Positions 34,335 through 43,146 of a DNA stretch of 64,000 nt are shown here, piece by piece; within the stretch, counting starts at the first letter, position 1; every line of letters starts with the position of its first letter. Source of the DNA: Candidatus Villigracilis adiacens (GTDB lineage: Bacteria > Chloroflexota > Anaerolineae > Anaerolineales > Villigracilaceae). The notes under the pieces were generated by a model. The model was not told the DNA's origin, did no database searches, and saw nothing but the letters and a program-made list of their open reading frames with translations. Both the position numbers and the translations under genes were made by a program. The stretch covers positions 91,819-155,818 of the forward strand of contig JADJBU010000008.1 of NCBI GenBank assembly GCA_016703605.1. The letters run 5' to 3'.

Positions 34335-35198
34335 ATGACCAATTCACTATTACCCTACTCACTTTCCCCCGCTTCCGCCCACCCCATCCCCGCCCTCGCG
34401 GACTTGATGACTCGCAGTTTCGAGGGCTATCTCGTGCCGATCAACATCACCGAGGCGGTCATGCACACCATGATCCGGCGCGACGGGATTGACCTGACCG
34501 CCAGCCGCGTATTGACCAAAGATAACGAACCCGTCGGCATCGCCTTCATCGCCCGCCGCGGCTGGACGAGTCGACTCGCGGCGATGGGGATCACGATGAA
34601 TGTCCGCAAGGACGGCGCGGGGACGTGGACGATGGAGCAACTCATCGAAGAAGCAAGAGGACGCGGCGAAAAGGAAATGCTGCTCGAAGTCATCGAACAA
34701 AACACGGCGGGGGTGAAGTTGTACGAGAAGGTCGGTTTCAAAAAGATGCGCAGGCTGGTGGGTTATAAACTCGACCTCACCTCTGCTCCCGCCGCCGGGG
34801 ACAGCGGCTTGAGCAAACAGATGGATATCGAAGAAATAGACATCCGCGAACTTGCCCGCACAGTCGCATACCACGGATTGAAAGACCTGCCCTGGCAGTT
34901 ATCCGGCGCGACCATCATGCAATACACCCCGCCCGCGCGCGCCTTCAAACTCAACGACGCCTATTGTCTCATCAGCAACCCCGAAGGGGCGGACATCGCC
35001 ATCCATTCGGTGCTGGTCAAAGCCCGGTCGCGCGGAGCAGGCTTGAGCGCGGTCTTGATGCGCGGTCTGTTCGCCAAATTCCCAAACAAAATCTGGCACG
35101 TCTCGCCGATCTATCCCGAAGAGATGGGCTTCATCTTCGAACACGTCGGCATGGAACGCGAGCCGCTTTCGCAGTGGCAGATGTCCCGCGTTTTGTAA
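34335..35198 (+). CDS. GNAT family N-acetyltransferase (tandem GNAT)
   Basis: RLAAMGITMNVRKDGAG, LEVIEQNTAGVKLYEKVGF; second degenerate GNAT half with ARSRGAGLS. Confidence 0.85.
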   Translation: MTNSLLPYSLSPASAHPIPALADLMTRSFEGYLVPINITEAVMHTMIRRDGIDLTASRVLTKDNEPVGIAFIARRGWTSRLAAMGITMNVRKDGAGTWTMEQLIEEARGRGEKEMLLEVIEQNTAGVKLYEKVGFKKMRRLVGYKLDLTSAPAAGDSGLSKQMDIEEIDIRELARTVAYHGLKDLPWQLSGATIMQYTPPARAFKLNDAYCLISNPEGADIAIHSVLVKARSRGAGLSAVLMRGLFAKFPNKIWHVSPIYPEEMGFIFEHVGMEREPLSQWQMSRVL

Positions 35199-35221
35199 GT
35201 CGGAATTGAATTCCGACTTAC
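35195..35221. repeat. GTAN-REP palindrome overlapping the GNAT stop codon
   Basis: GTAAGTCGGAATT-G-AATTCCGACTTAC. Confidence 0.75.
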
Positions 35222-35235
35222 GATAAAATAAGCGC

Positions 35236-35898
35236 ATGAAAATTGCCGCCCTCGTTCCCATGCGCCATCACAGCCAGCGCGTGCCGGGAAAAAACTACCG
35301 TCCCCTCGCGGGCAAACCCCTCTACCAGCACATTTTGGAAACGCTTCAAGCCGTGCCTGAAATTGATACCGTGATCGTGGATACGGATTCCGAGCCGGTG
35401 ATGGATGGAGTGCAGCGGTTCTACCCAGATGTGAAGTTGATCGCGCGCCCCGAGCATCTCCGCGCCGACGACGTTCCCATGAACGACATCCTGCTCCATG
35501 ACACGGCGCAAGCGCAGGCGGATTTTTACCTGCAAACCCACAGCACAAATCCATTGCTCAAACCCGGGACCATCTCCCGCGCAATCCAATCTCTCATCTC
35601 CAATTACCCAAAATACGACTCTCTTTTTTCAGTTACGCGCCTGCAAACCCGCCTCTACTGGCAGGACGGACGCGCCATCAACCATAATCCGCTGGAGTTG
35701 ATTCAGACGCAGGATTTACCGCCCGTCTATGAAGAGAACTCCTGCATCTACGTTTTCACCCGCGAGAATCTCGAACGCAAAAAACATCGCATCGGCGACA
35801 GTCCGATGATGTTCGAGATCAGCGCCGACGAGGCCTGGGACATTGACGAAGAACTGGATTTCGAGATCGCGGATTTTTTGATGAGAAAGAAAGTGTAG
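35236..35898 (+). CDS. Acylneuraminate cytidylyltransferase family (NeuA/KdsB-like)
   Basis: ALVPMRHHSQRVPGKNYRPLAGKPL, THSTNPL, YEENSCIY, DIDEELDF. Confidence 0.9.
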   Translation: MKIAALVPMRHHSQRVPGKNYRPLAGKPLYQHILETLQAVPEIDTVIVDTDSEPVMDGVQRFYPDVKLIARPEHLRADDVPMNDILLHDTAQAQADFYLQTHSTNPLLKPGTISRAIQSLISNYPKYDSLFSVTRLQTRLYWQDGRAINHNPLELIQTQDLPPVYEENSCIYVFTRENLERKKHRIGDSPMMFEISADEAWDIDEELDFEIADFLMRKKV

Positions 35899-35917
35899 CG
35901 CAAGATTTATCTTGCGC
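35895..35917 (+). repeat. GTAG-REP overlapping the cytidylyltransferase stop codon
   Basis: GTAG-CGCAAGA-TTTA-TCTTGCG. Confidence 0.75.
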
Positions 35918-35984
35918 ATGGCAATTGTGCCAAGGTTCCCCGCTGAGACCGGAAAATGAATTTTGCGGTACTAAAAAAATCACC

Positions 35985-38012
35985 ATGCAAACCCTAAAAG
36001 ACAAACTCGGCTCATTTCGGTTCGGCGCGTTGTTCCTGACCCTGCTCGGCGCGTTGACCTACCTGCCCCTCGCCGCGCGGATGGGATATATCAACGACGA
36101 TTGGTATTTGATGTTCGACGGCTACGTGGGGGGCGCGTCGTTCTTCCACGATGTCTTCATCGTGGACCGTCCCCTGCGCGGATATGTGATGCAGGCGGCG
36201 TTCGCGCTGTTCGGGATGAATCCACTGTATTATCACCTGAGCGCGTTTTTATTCCGCCTGGTCAGCGCGGCAGCGTTATTCTGGATCGGGAATCAACTCT
36301 GGTCGCGCCGGGTCACGTATAACTGGCTGGCGGCCTTGCTCTTCCTCGTTTATCCCGGCTTTCTTTCGCAGGTCAACCCGATTGACTATCAATCGCAGGT
36401 CTTCAGCCTCGCCTGCGGGATGGTCTCCGTCGCGTTGACGCTGAAAGCCTTGCAGGCGAAAACATCCGCGGCGCGTTGGGGATATATTGCCGCCTCTGCC
36501 GCGTTGGCGTGGGTCTATCTCGGCTTGGTGGAATATTTTCTCGGCTTCGAGGCATTGCGTTTTGCGATCATCGGCGTTTTGCGGCTGAGGCAAACTGACC
36601 AGCCCATTTTTACCCGGTTGAAATCGGCGGCTGTGGAATCGCTTCCGTTTCTGGCGGGCGCGGGCGGATTTTTGATCTGGCGTCTGTTCTTCTTTGAAGC
36701 CGAGCGCAAGGCGACCGATGTCAGTTTGCAATTGTCGTCCGTGTTCGAGTCGCCGTTGACGGTTTTGTGGTGGTTGAATTATCTGATCCAGGATGTCTTC
36801 AAGGTCGTCATGGCGGCGTGGACGGTTCCGCTGAACCTGTTCGGGTTCTCCCTGCGGCTGGGCGATTCCTTCGCCGGCTTTGGGCTGGCGGCGCTGGCTG
36901 TGGCTGTCTTGCTGGTCTTTTTGCGTCAGGGTGGGGAAATGCCCGGGGACGAAGAATCAAGCCAAAGTCTGGGTGAGATGCGTGAGCAAATCTGGCTGGC
37001 GTTCATTACCATCGTCGCCTGTCTGGTTCCGGTCATCCTCGTCAACCGCCATGTCACGCTTCCCGATTATTCGCGTTACGCGCTCGCGCCCGCGGTGGGA
37101 GTCGGCATTTTGTTCTCGGTCATTTTTGAGAGGGTGAGTTCAGTGTCGCTTCGCGCCGGGCTGGCCGCCTTTCTGTTGGGCGTTTCGGTGTTGACCCATC
37201 ATGGCAACGCCGTGCGCGTGGCGGATGAGACCGAAGCGACGCGCAATTTTTGGTGGCAGGCTGCCTGGCGCGCGCCGAAGATCGAGGAAGGCGTGACGTT
37301 GATTGCGTTGTACCCGGGCGGCTCTTTGAGCGAGGATTATTTCATTTGGGGTCCGGCGAATTTTATTTATTATCCCGAAAAGCAGGACGCGAATCCGCTG
37401 ACGATTAAACTGCCCGCCGCTGTGTTGAACGGCGAGACGGTGATGCAGATCATAACGGGCAGCGGCGTGGAGACCCCGCTGCGGCGCGGCAATTATCTCG
37501 AACGCGATTTCGGGAACGTGCTGGTGATAACGCAATCCAGTTCCGACAGTTGCGTTCGTTTTATCAACGGCGCTTCGCCGGAATTAAACTCTTTTGATGA
37601 CGGTCGCATTGTGATGGTCGCGCCGTATTCGCGGCTGGATGCGGTCACGACCGAGGGCGAAGTCCCCAACGTGCCGGTGGAAATTTTCGGCGCGGAACCG
37701 GAGCGCGGCTGGTGTTACTATTATCAGCAGGCAGACCTTGCCCGCCAGCGCGGCGATTGGGATGTTGTGACAACTCTGCTCGACGAAGCCTTGAAGAAGG
37801 GCTATTATCCCAACGACCCGCTCGAATGGATTCCCTTCATGCAGGGATATGCCGCGCAGGGGAATGTGGAGGAGATGCGCAAGATGATGAAACTGGTTGC
37901 GCTGGATAAATATCTGCGTTTGCAGGTTTGCAACAGCATGAAGTACCTGGCTGAAAACGAATCGCTTTCGGATGAGGTCAACGAATTCATTACGAAGAAA
38001 ATTTGCGAGTGA
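35985..38012 (+). CDS. Multi-TM GT-C-fold-like putative glycosyltransferase / membrane protein
   Basis: GYINDDWY loop after TM1, DRPLRG, 10 or more TM helices, extracellular C-domain. Confidence 0.55.
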   Translation: MQTLKDKLGSFRFGALFLTLLGALTYLPLAARMGYINDDWYLMFDGYVGGASFFHDVFIVDRPLRGYVMQAAFALFGMNPLYYHLSAFLFRLVSAAALFWIGNQLWSRRVTYNWLAALLFLVYPGFLSQVNPIDYQSQVFSLACGMVSVALTLKALQAKTSAARWGYIAASAALAWVYLGLVEYFLGFEALRFAIIGVLRLRQTDQPIFTRLKSAAVESLPFLAGAGGFLIWRLFFFEAERKATDVSLQLSSVFESPLTVLWWLNYLIQDVFKVVMAAWTVPLNLFGFSLRLGDSFAGFGLAALAVAVLLVFLRQGGEMPGDEESSQSLGEMREQIWLAFITIVACLVPVILVNRHVTLPDYSRYALAPAVGVGILFSVIFERVSSVSLRAGLAAFLLGVSVLTHHGNAVRVADETEATRNFWWQAAWRAPKIEEGVTLIALYPGGSLSEDYFIWGPANFIYYPEKQDANPLTIKLPAAVLNGETVMQIITGSGVETPLRRGNYLERDFGNVLVITQSSSDSCVRFINGASPELNSFDDGRIVMVAPYSRLDAVTTEGEVPNVPVEIFGAEPERGWCYYYQQADLARQRGDWDVVTTLLDEALKKGYYPNDPLEWIPFMQGYAAQGNVEEMRKMMKLVALDKYLRLQVCNSMKYLAENESLSDEVNEFITKKICE

Positions 38013-38015
38013 ATA

Positions 38016-38962
38016 ATGCCCACTGTTTTGATGACCGCCCCCTACATGATTCCTTTCCTTGACCGCTTCCGCCCGGCGCTGGCGGATTACGGCATTGACC
38101 TGATCGTGCCGGATGTGGAAGAACGCATGGAGGAGGAGGACATCCTCAAATACGCCGGTCAGTTCGATGGAACGATCTGCGGCGACGACCGCTACACGGC
38201 GCGGGTCATCGAAGCCTGCCTCCGCGTTTGAAGGTCATCTCCAAATGGGGAACGGGGGTCGACTCGATTGACGCCGAAGCCTGCGCGAAGTTCGGGGTGA
38301 AACTTGGGCGCACGCCGAACGCGTTCACCACCCCGGTGGCGGATACGGTGCTTGGCTACATGCTCGCCTTCGCCCGCCGCGCTCCGTGGATGGATCGTGC
38401 CATGAAAAGCGGAAAGTGGGAAAAAATTCCCGGCAGGACTCTCAGCGAAATGACTCTCGGCGTGATCGGCATCGGCAACATCGGCAAGGCGGTCACGAGA
38501 CGCGCCAAAGCCTTCGGGATGAAAGTTTATGGCACAGACATCATTGACGTGGATCACGTCTTCGTCGGCGAAACCGGCATCGAAATGACCAATCTCCAAT
38601 CTCTACTCTCTAACTCCGACTTCGTGTCCGTCAACTGCGACCTCAACCCAACCAGCCATCACCTCATCAACGCCGATACGCTTGCGCTGATGAAACCGAC
38701 GGCGATTCTGATCAACACCGCGCGGGGTCCCATCGTGGAGGAAAAGGCTTTGGTCGCCGCGCTAGGCTCGGGTCAGGTGGGAGGCGCGGCGCTGGATGTC
38801 TTCGAGTTCGAGCCGTTGCCCGCGGATAGTCCGCTTTTGAAGATGGATAACGTCATGCTCGCGCCGCATAATTCCAACTCCAGCCCGGCGGCGTGGGAGC
38901 GCGTGCATTGGAACACGATCAAAAATTTGGTGGAGGGGCTGGGGATGCAGGTGAAAAAATGA
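38016..38962 (+). pseudogene. D-2-hydroxyacid (phosphoglycerate-like) dehydrogenase split by a 1-nt frameshift
   Basis: 38016-38231 and 38228-38962 join into one enzyme (KVISKWGTGVD, GVIGIGNIG, INTARG, LDVFEFEP, LAPH) if one C is restored at about 38222 (CTC C[C]G CGT TTG AAG). Confidence 0.8.
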
Positions 38963-40521
38963 CGACGAAAATCCGCCTCGCGCTGCCTTTTATCTTTCTC
39001 CTGTTGCTGACGGCGGTTGTCCTCGACCTTGCCAATCCCTTCTTCGACGCGCCCGCCCGCGACGGCGGATTTTTCCTTTACGCGGGCGATCAAATTCTGG
39101 ACGGCAAAATTCCATACCGCGATTTTTGGGATTCGAAAGGTCCCGGCATTTTTTACATCAACGCGCTGGGTTTGTTGATCGGCGGCGGTTCGCGCTGGGG
39201 GGGGTGGCTGGTCGAGTTTGCCTTTATCTTTGGCGCTTTATGTCTTTTGTATTACACGCTTTCGAAACGCTGGGGCGTCGGCGCGGGCTTGTTTGGTTCG
39301 CTGCTGGCGGGGCTGGGTCTGCGTGTTGCGCTGGGCTATGGAAATTACACCGAGGAATATGCCCTGCTCTTCAACGCGGCGGGACTGACCCTCTTCCTCT
39401 CGATGGTGGACGTGGAACGGAATTATTGGAAGTATCTCTGGGTCGGCGCGTTCTTCGGCTTGAGTTTCACCTTTCGCGCGAATAACATCGGCGGGTTGGT
39501 TGCGGTCCTTGGCGCGGTGTTTTTGTTTTACATGCCCAAAAGGCATTTCCTCGAAGCCCTGCGGATCATCCTCGCCGCGCTGGCGGGGTTTGCAATTCCC
39601 CTGATTCTGTGGATGCTTTACTTTGCCGTGCCGGGCGTTGCGGGCGAAATGATCAACGCCTCGATTCTCTTCAACTTTTCCTATGCAGCCGCCAAGGAAC
39701 GCGAATGGCTCGACATCTTCGGCGGACTTGGTCGTTATGGCATGGGCTGGGTTGGCTGGTTCACGCTGGCGGCATGGTTTGTCCTGGTTTTCAGGATGCT
39801 GGTCAGTTTCGTCCAACGCAAGGTTTCCGTGTTTGAGACTTTTTTGCTCGTCTGGTTTCCCGTCGAGATTCTGCTCAGCAATCTCTCCGGCAGGAACTTC
39901 ACGCATTACTACATCAGTTGGACGCTGGCAGTGGGCGTGTATTCCGCCTTCCTGTTCGCCGAAGCGTGGCAGGCGGCGTTTCGAATCCATCCGCTCGAAG
40001 GTTTTGGCGAGAACGCGGGCGCGATGCTGACGCTTGCCCTGGGCATTGCATTGTTTGCGTTCTTTCCCTCCACGCCGGGCAGGTACATCGACTCTTTCGG
40101 CGGCGGCGAATATCCCGACCCCGTCTCAGCCTACATTCGCGACAATTCCCAGCCCGGCGATCTTCTGCTGACGTGGTATCCTGAAATGGGGGTCAACTTC
40201 ATGGCAGACCGCGCCTCGCCGGTCAAGTATGTGTATTATCCGCTTTTCCTCGACGGCTCATTGACCAAGGAAATCGAATCCCGCTACCTTGAAGACCTGA
40301 TGAAGACCCCGCCTCAACTCATCCTCGACTGTTCCCGCACCGTGGACGCCATCCCTTCGCTGGATCCTGTCACGCGCGAAATTCAATACGACATCCCCGG
40401 CGTGAAGAAAAAGATGTACATCCAGCCGGGCATGGATGAGGTCTTCGAGTTCGTGCAGGCGAATTACCAGATCGAGAACACGATTGATGAATGTTTGATC
40501 TTCAGGTTGAAAACAGATTGA
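38959..40521 (+). CDS. GT-C fold (PMT/ArnT-like) glycosyltransferase
   Basis: RDGGFFLY..G..PYRDFWDSKGPG, NYTEEY, HYY motif, many TM helices. Confidence 0.7.
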   Translation: MTTKIRLALPFIFLLLLTAVVLDLANPFFDAPARDGGFFLYAGDQILDGKIPYRDFWDSKGPGIFYINALGLLIGGGSRWGGWLVEFAFIFGALCLLYYTLSKRWGVGAGLFGSLLAGLGLRVALGYGNYTEEYALLFNAAGLTLFLSMVDVERNYWKYLWVGAFFGLSFTFRANNIGGLVAVLGAVFLFYMPKRHFLEALRIILAALAGFAIPLILWMLYFAVPGVAGEMINASILFNFSYAAAKEREWLDIFGGLGRYGMGWVGWFTLAAWFVLVFRMLVSFVQRKVSVFETFLLVWFPVEILLSNLSGRNFTHYYISWTLAVGVYSAFLFAEAWQAAFRIHPLEGFGENAGAMLTLALGIALFAFFPSTPGRYIDSFGGGEYPDPVSAYIRDNSQPGDLLLTWYPEMGVNFMADRASPVKYVYYPLFLDGSLTKEIESRYLEDLMKTPPQLILDCSRTVDAIPSLDPVTREIQYDIPGVKKKMYIQPGMDEVFEFVQANYQIENTIDECLIFRLKTD

Positions 40522-40534
40522 TTTACTTTATTGA

Positions 40535-40598
40535 TGTCATGCCGAGGGGGGGGGGGCCCCCCCCCCCCGCCCGGGGGCCCCCCGCGCTCAGGGTGACA
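40535..40598. repeat. TGTCA...TGACA element with homopolymeric G/C interior (probable sequence artefact)
   Basis: TGTCATGCCGA + G11 C12 G C3 G5 C6 + GCGCTCAGGGTGACA. Confidence 0.5.
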
Positions 40599-40766
40599 TT
40601 TCACAAGATAGCCCATGATTATCTGAATACCACAATCGGCGCGAAGCCGAATTTCGACGTAAAATATACGATAATCCCAAGAAAGGTTCACTGACTTGGA
40701 TCAGCCCAAATCCGTAACCCTTAATCTCTTTCCGTGGAATCCGTGTCACTCCGTGTACAAAAAACA

Positions 40767-41537
40767 ATGACCAAAACAATCCTCATCACCGGCGCGGGCG
40801 GCGGCATTGGGCGCGCCTGCATAAGCCATTTCGCCAAACTCGGCTGGCGCGTCATCGGCGTGGACCGAAACGCCCTGAGTGAAGTCGAAGGAGGCGAAGA
40901 CTTTCCGGCGAATGGACGCTTCATCCAAGCCGATATTTCCCAGCCCGAATCGGTTGAGATGATCTTCCAGCAGGCAAGGGATTTCCACCCGACGCTCGAC
41001 GCGCTGGTCAACAATGCCGCCGTGCAGGTCGCCAAACCGCTCGTGGAAACCACCGTCGAGGAGTGGGACGCGGTCATGGCGTCCAATTTGCGGTCCGTGT
41101 TCTTATTCGTCAAACTCGCTCATCCGCTTCTTAAAGCGGCGGGAGGCGGCTCCATCGTCAACGTCTCCTCCGTCCATGCCATGCAGACTTCCGCCAACAT
41201 CGCCGCCTATGCCGCCTCCAAAGGCGGTCTGCTCGCGTTGACCCGCGCCCTGGCAATCGAATTCGCAGCGGATGACATCCGCGTCAACGCCATTTTGCCC
41301 GGCGCGGTGGATACGCCCATGCTGAGAGCCGGCCTTGGGCGCGGACACGCCGGCTCGGGCGATATGCAGGAACGGCTCGACAACCTTGCGCGAAGAACTG
41401 TAAACGGTCGTGTTGGCACGCCCGCCGAAATTGCCAATGCCATTTATTTTCTCGCCGACAGCGAACAATCCTCCTTCATGACCGGTCAGGCAATGATCGT
41501 GGATGGCGGCGCAACGGCGAGACTCAGTACGGAGTAA
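40767..41537 (+). CDS. Short-chain dehydrogenase/reductase (SDR)
   Basis: TGAGGGIG, LVNNAA, YAASK, IRVNAILPG. Confidence 0.92.
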   Translation: MTKTILITGAGGGIGRACISHFAKLGWRVIGVDRNALSEVEGGEDFPANGRFIQADISQPESVEMIFQQARDFHPTLDALVNNAAVQVAKPLVETTVEEWDAVMASNLRSVFLFVKLAHPLLKAAGGGSIVNVSSVHAMQTSANIAAYAASKGGLLALTRALAIEFAADDIRVNAILPGAVDTPMLRAGLGRGHAGSGDMQERLDNLARRTVNGRVGTPAEIANAIYFLADSEQSSFMTGQAMIVDGGATARLSTE

Positions 41538-41541
41538 ACTC

Positions 41542-41889
41542 ATGCAAACTTCTCAATATGCTCGTTATTTGGTCCTGCTCACATCGGGAGTCCTGGCTTT
41601 CTTCAGTGTCGCCTCGCTGACACGCATCGGAGTCAACCCCGAGGCGGCGGGCTGGGTTGCCATCTACGCCTTCATCATGCTGATCGAAGCAGGCGCGCTT
41701 TTGCTTTGTTACTATCGGCTGCCGCGCCAGAAAAAGTTCATCTTCTGGCTGACCTTCATCATTCTCGCGCTGAACATCATCCTGCCGGTCTTCGACCAGA
41801 TCGGGCTGGCGGATGTCCTCTTCATTCTCCTCAACATGGCAACGCTGGCGTTGCTCTACTCATCGCGCAAGGATTTCCTCCCCGCATAA
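41542..41889 (+). CDS. Small 4-TM membrane protein
   Basis: 115 aa, hydrophobic; weakly similar to 41918-42295. Confidence 0.55.
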   Translation: MQTSQYARYLVLLTSGVLAFFSVASLTRIGVNPEAAGWVAIYAFIMLIEAGALLLCYYRLPRQKKFIFWLTFIILALNIILPVFDQIGLADVLFILLNMATLALLYSSRKDFLPA

Positions 41890-41917
41890 AGATGACCCCC
41901 AAAGGCGGCAACCCGGC

Positions 41918-42295
41918 ATGAAGAACACCAGGAAGCGAACCCGCGAAACGAACCTGTCGCGCATTTTGATCGCGCGGATTCTTTATTACGTCAACTTTGC
42001 CCTCTGGCTGGTCATGGGCGCGTATTACGTCTATAGAATGGTCGAGGATAACAACGGCTGGACCTCCGCCATGGTCGGCTTCTTCTTCCTGGTGGCGGCG
42101 TTCTCGCTCCTCTTTGCCGCGCGGATCCTCGACCAGCGCGGCAGGCGGGTATACTTCACCCTCATCTTCGTCACCGGGTTGAATATCTTCCTGACCCTTT
42201 TCGGCTTTCAGGATTTCCCGTTCATCATCGCCGCCCTGTTGGATGCCGCCACGCTTGCAAACCTCATCCCACTCAAGGATCATTACTCCGCTTGA
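41918..42295 (+). CDS. Small 4-TM membrane protein
   Basis: 125 aa; LNIFLTLF..LLDAATL resembles LNIILPVF..LLNMATL of the upstream gene. Confidence 0.55.
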   Translation: MKNTRKRTRETNLSRILIARILYYVNFALWLVMGAYYVYRMVEDNNGWTSAMVGFFFLVAAFSLLFAARILDQRGRRVYFTLIFVTGLNIFLTLFGFQDFPFIIAALLDAATLANLIPLKDHYSA

Positions 42296-43113
42296 GCATC
42301 AAACAAACCGTCAAAAGCATCATCCCCCAGCCGCTCTGGAGTTTCGTCCGCGATATCTACGACGGGTTCCGCCGCATTCCGCAGCTGCCCGCCGCGTATT
42401 TTCATCCCTGGCGGCGCGAGAGCATCAAACGTCTCGCCGCGTTGAAAGACATTCACAAAGGCAAACGCGCCTTCATCATCGGCAATGGACCCTCGCTGAA
42501 GCAGACCGATCTCAACAAGCTCAAGAACGAGATCACCTTCGGCATGAACCGCATCTATCTAGCCTTTCCCGATCTCGGTTTCACCACCTCGTATATCTGT
42601 GTCACCAACGACCTCGTCATCGAACAATTCGTCAACGATTTTCTCGCTCTGCAAGTTCCGCAATTCATCGCCTGGCGTTCGCGCCGTCACTACAACCCCC
42701 AATTACCAATCTCTAATCTCCCCACATTCGTTTACACAACATATACAGGCCCGCGTTTCGCCACAGACGTTCGCAATCGCGTCTGGGAAGGCGCAACCGT
42801 CACCAACCTTGCCTTGCAAATGGCGTATCACATGGGCATCGAGCAAGCCATCCTTATCGGCGTCGATCACAACTTCGCATCGAAAGGGGATGCCAACAAG
42901 ACCGTCGTCTCCGAAGGCGATGACCCGAATCATTTCATGCCGAATTATTTTGGCAAAGGCGTCAAATGGCAATTGCCCGATCTCGACACCTCTGAAGTCG
43001 GTTACATCATGGCGCGTGATGCCTACGTCAAAGCCGGTCGTCAGATCGTGGATGCAACCATCGGCGGCAAACTGACCGTCTTCCCCAAAGTCGACTACAA
43101 TTCCCTCTTCTAA
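42292..43113 (+). CDS. MAF_flag10/MptE-like (DUF115) putative nonulosonate-type transferase
   Basis: GKRAFIIGNGPSL, TFGMNRI, LQMAYHMG..ILIGVDH, VDATIGGKL. Confidence 0.75.
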   Translation: MSIKQTVKSIIPQPLWSFVRDIYDGFRRIPQLPAAYFHPWRRESIKRLAALKDIHKGKRAFIIGNGPSLKQTDLNKLKNEITFGMNRIYLAFPDLGFTTSYICVTNDLVIEQFVNDFLALQVPQFIAWRSRRHYNPQLPISNLPTFVYTTYTGPRFATDVRNRVWEGATVTNLALQMAYHMGIEQAILIGVDHNFASKGDANKTVVSEGDDPNHFMPNYFGKGVKWQLPDLDTSEVGYIMARDAYVKAGRQIVDATIGGKLTVFPKVDYNSLF

Positions 43114-43141
43114 TTTGACCTTCGACTTTTGACCTTTGACT
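43114..43141 (+). repeat. Heptamer array (TTTGACC-type) x4
   Basis: TTTGACC TTCGACT TTTGACC TTTGACT. Confidence 0.65.
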
Positions 43142-43146
43142 CCTCA

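Noticed and set aside
38216-38240. Programmed ribosomal frameshift
   Set aside because: There is no X XXY YYZ slippery site or RF2-type signal; a single missing C explains the break.
40546-40583. Phase-variable homopolymer or G-quadruplex switch
   Set aside because: The G11/C12 runs replace the interior of a strong hairpin element and are intergenic. A base-calling or assembly artefact is more likely; raw reads are needed.
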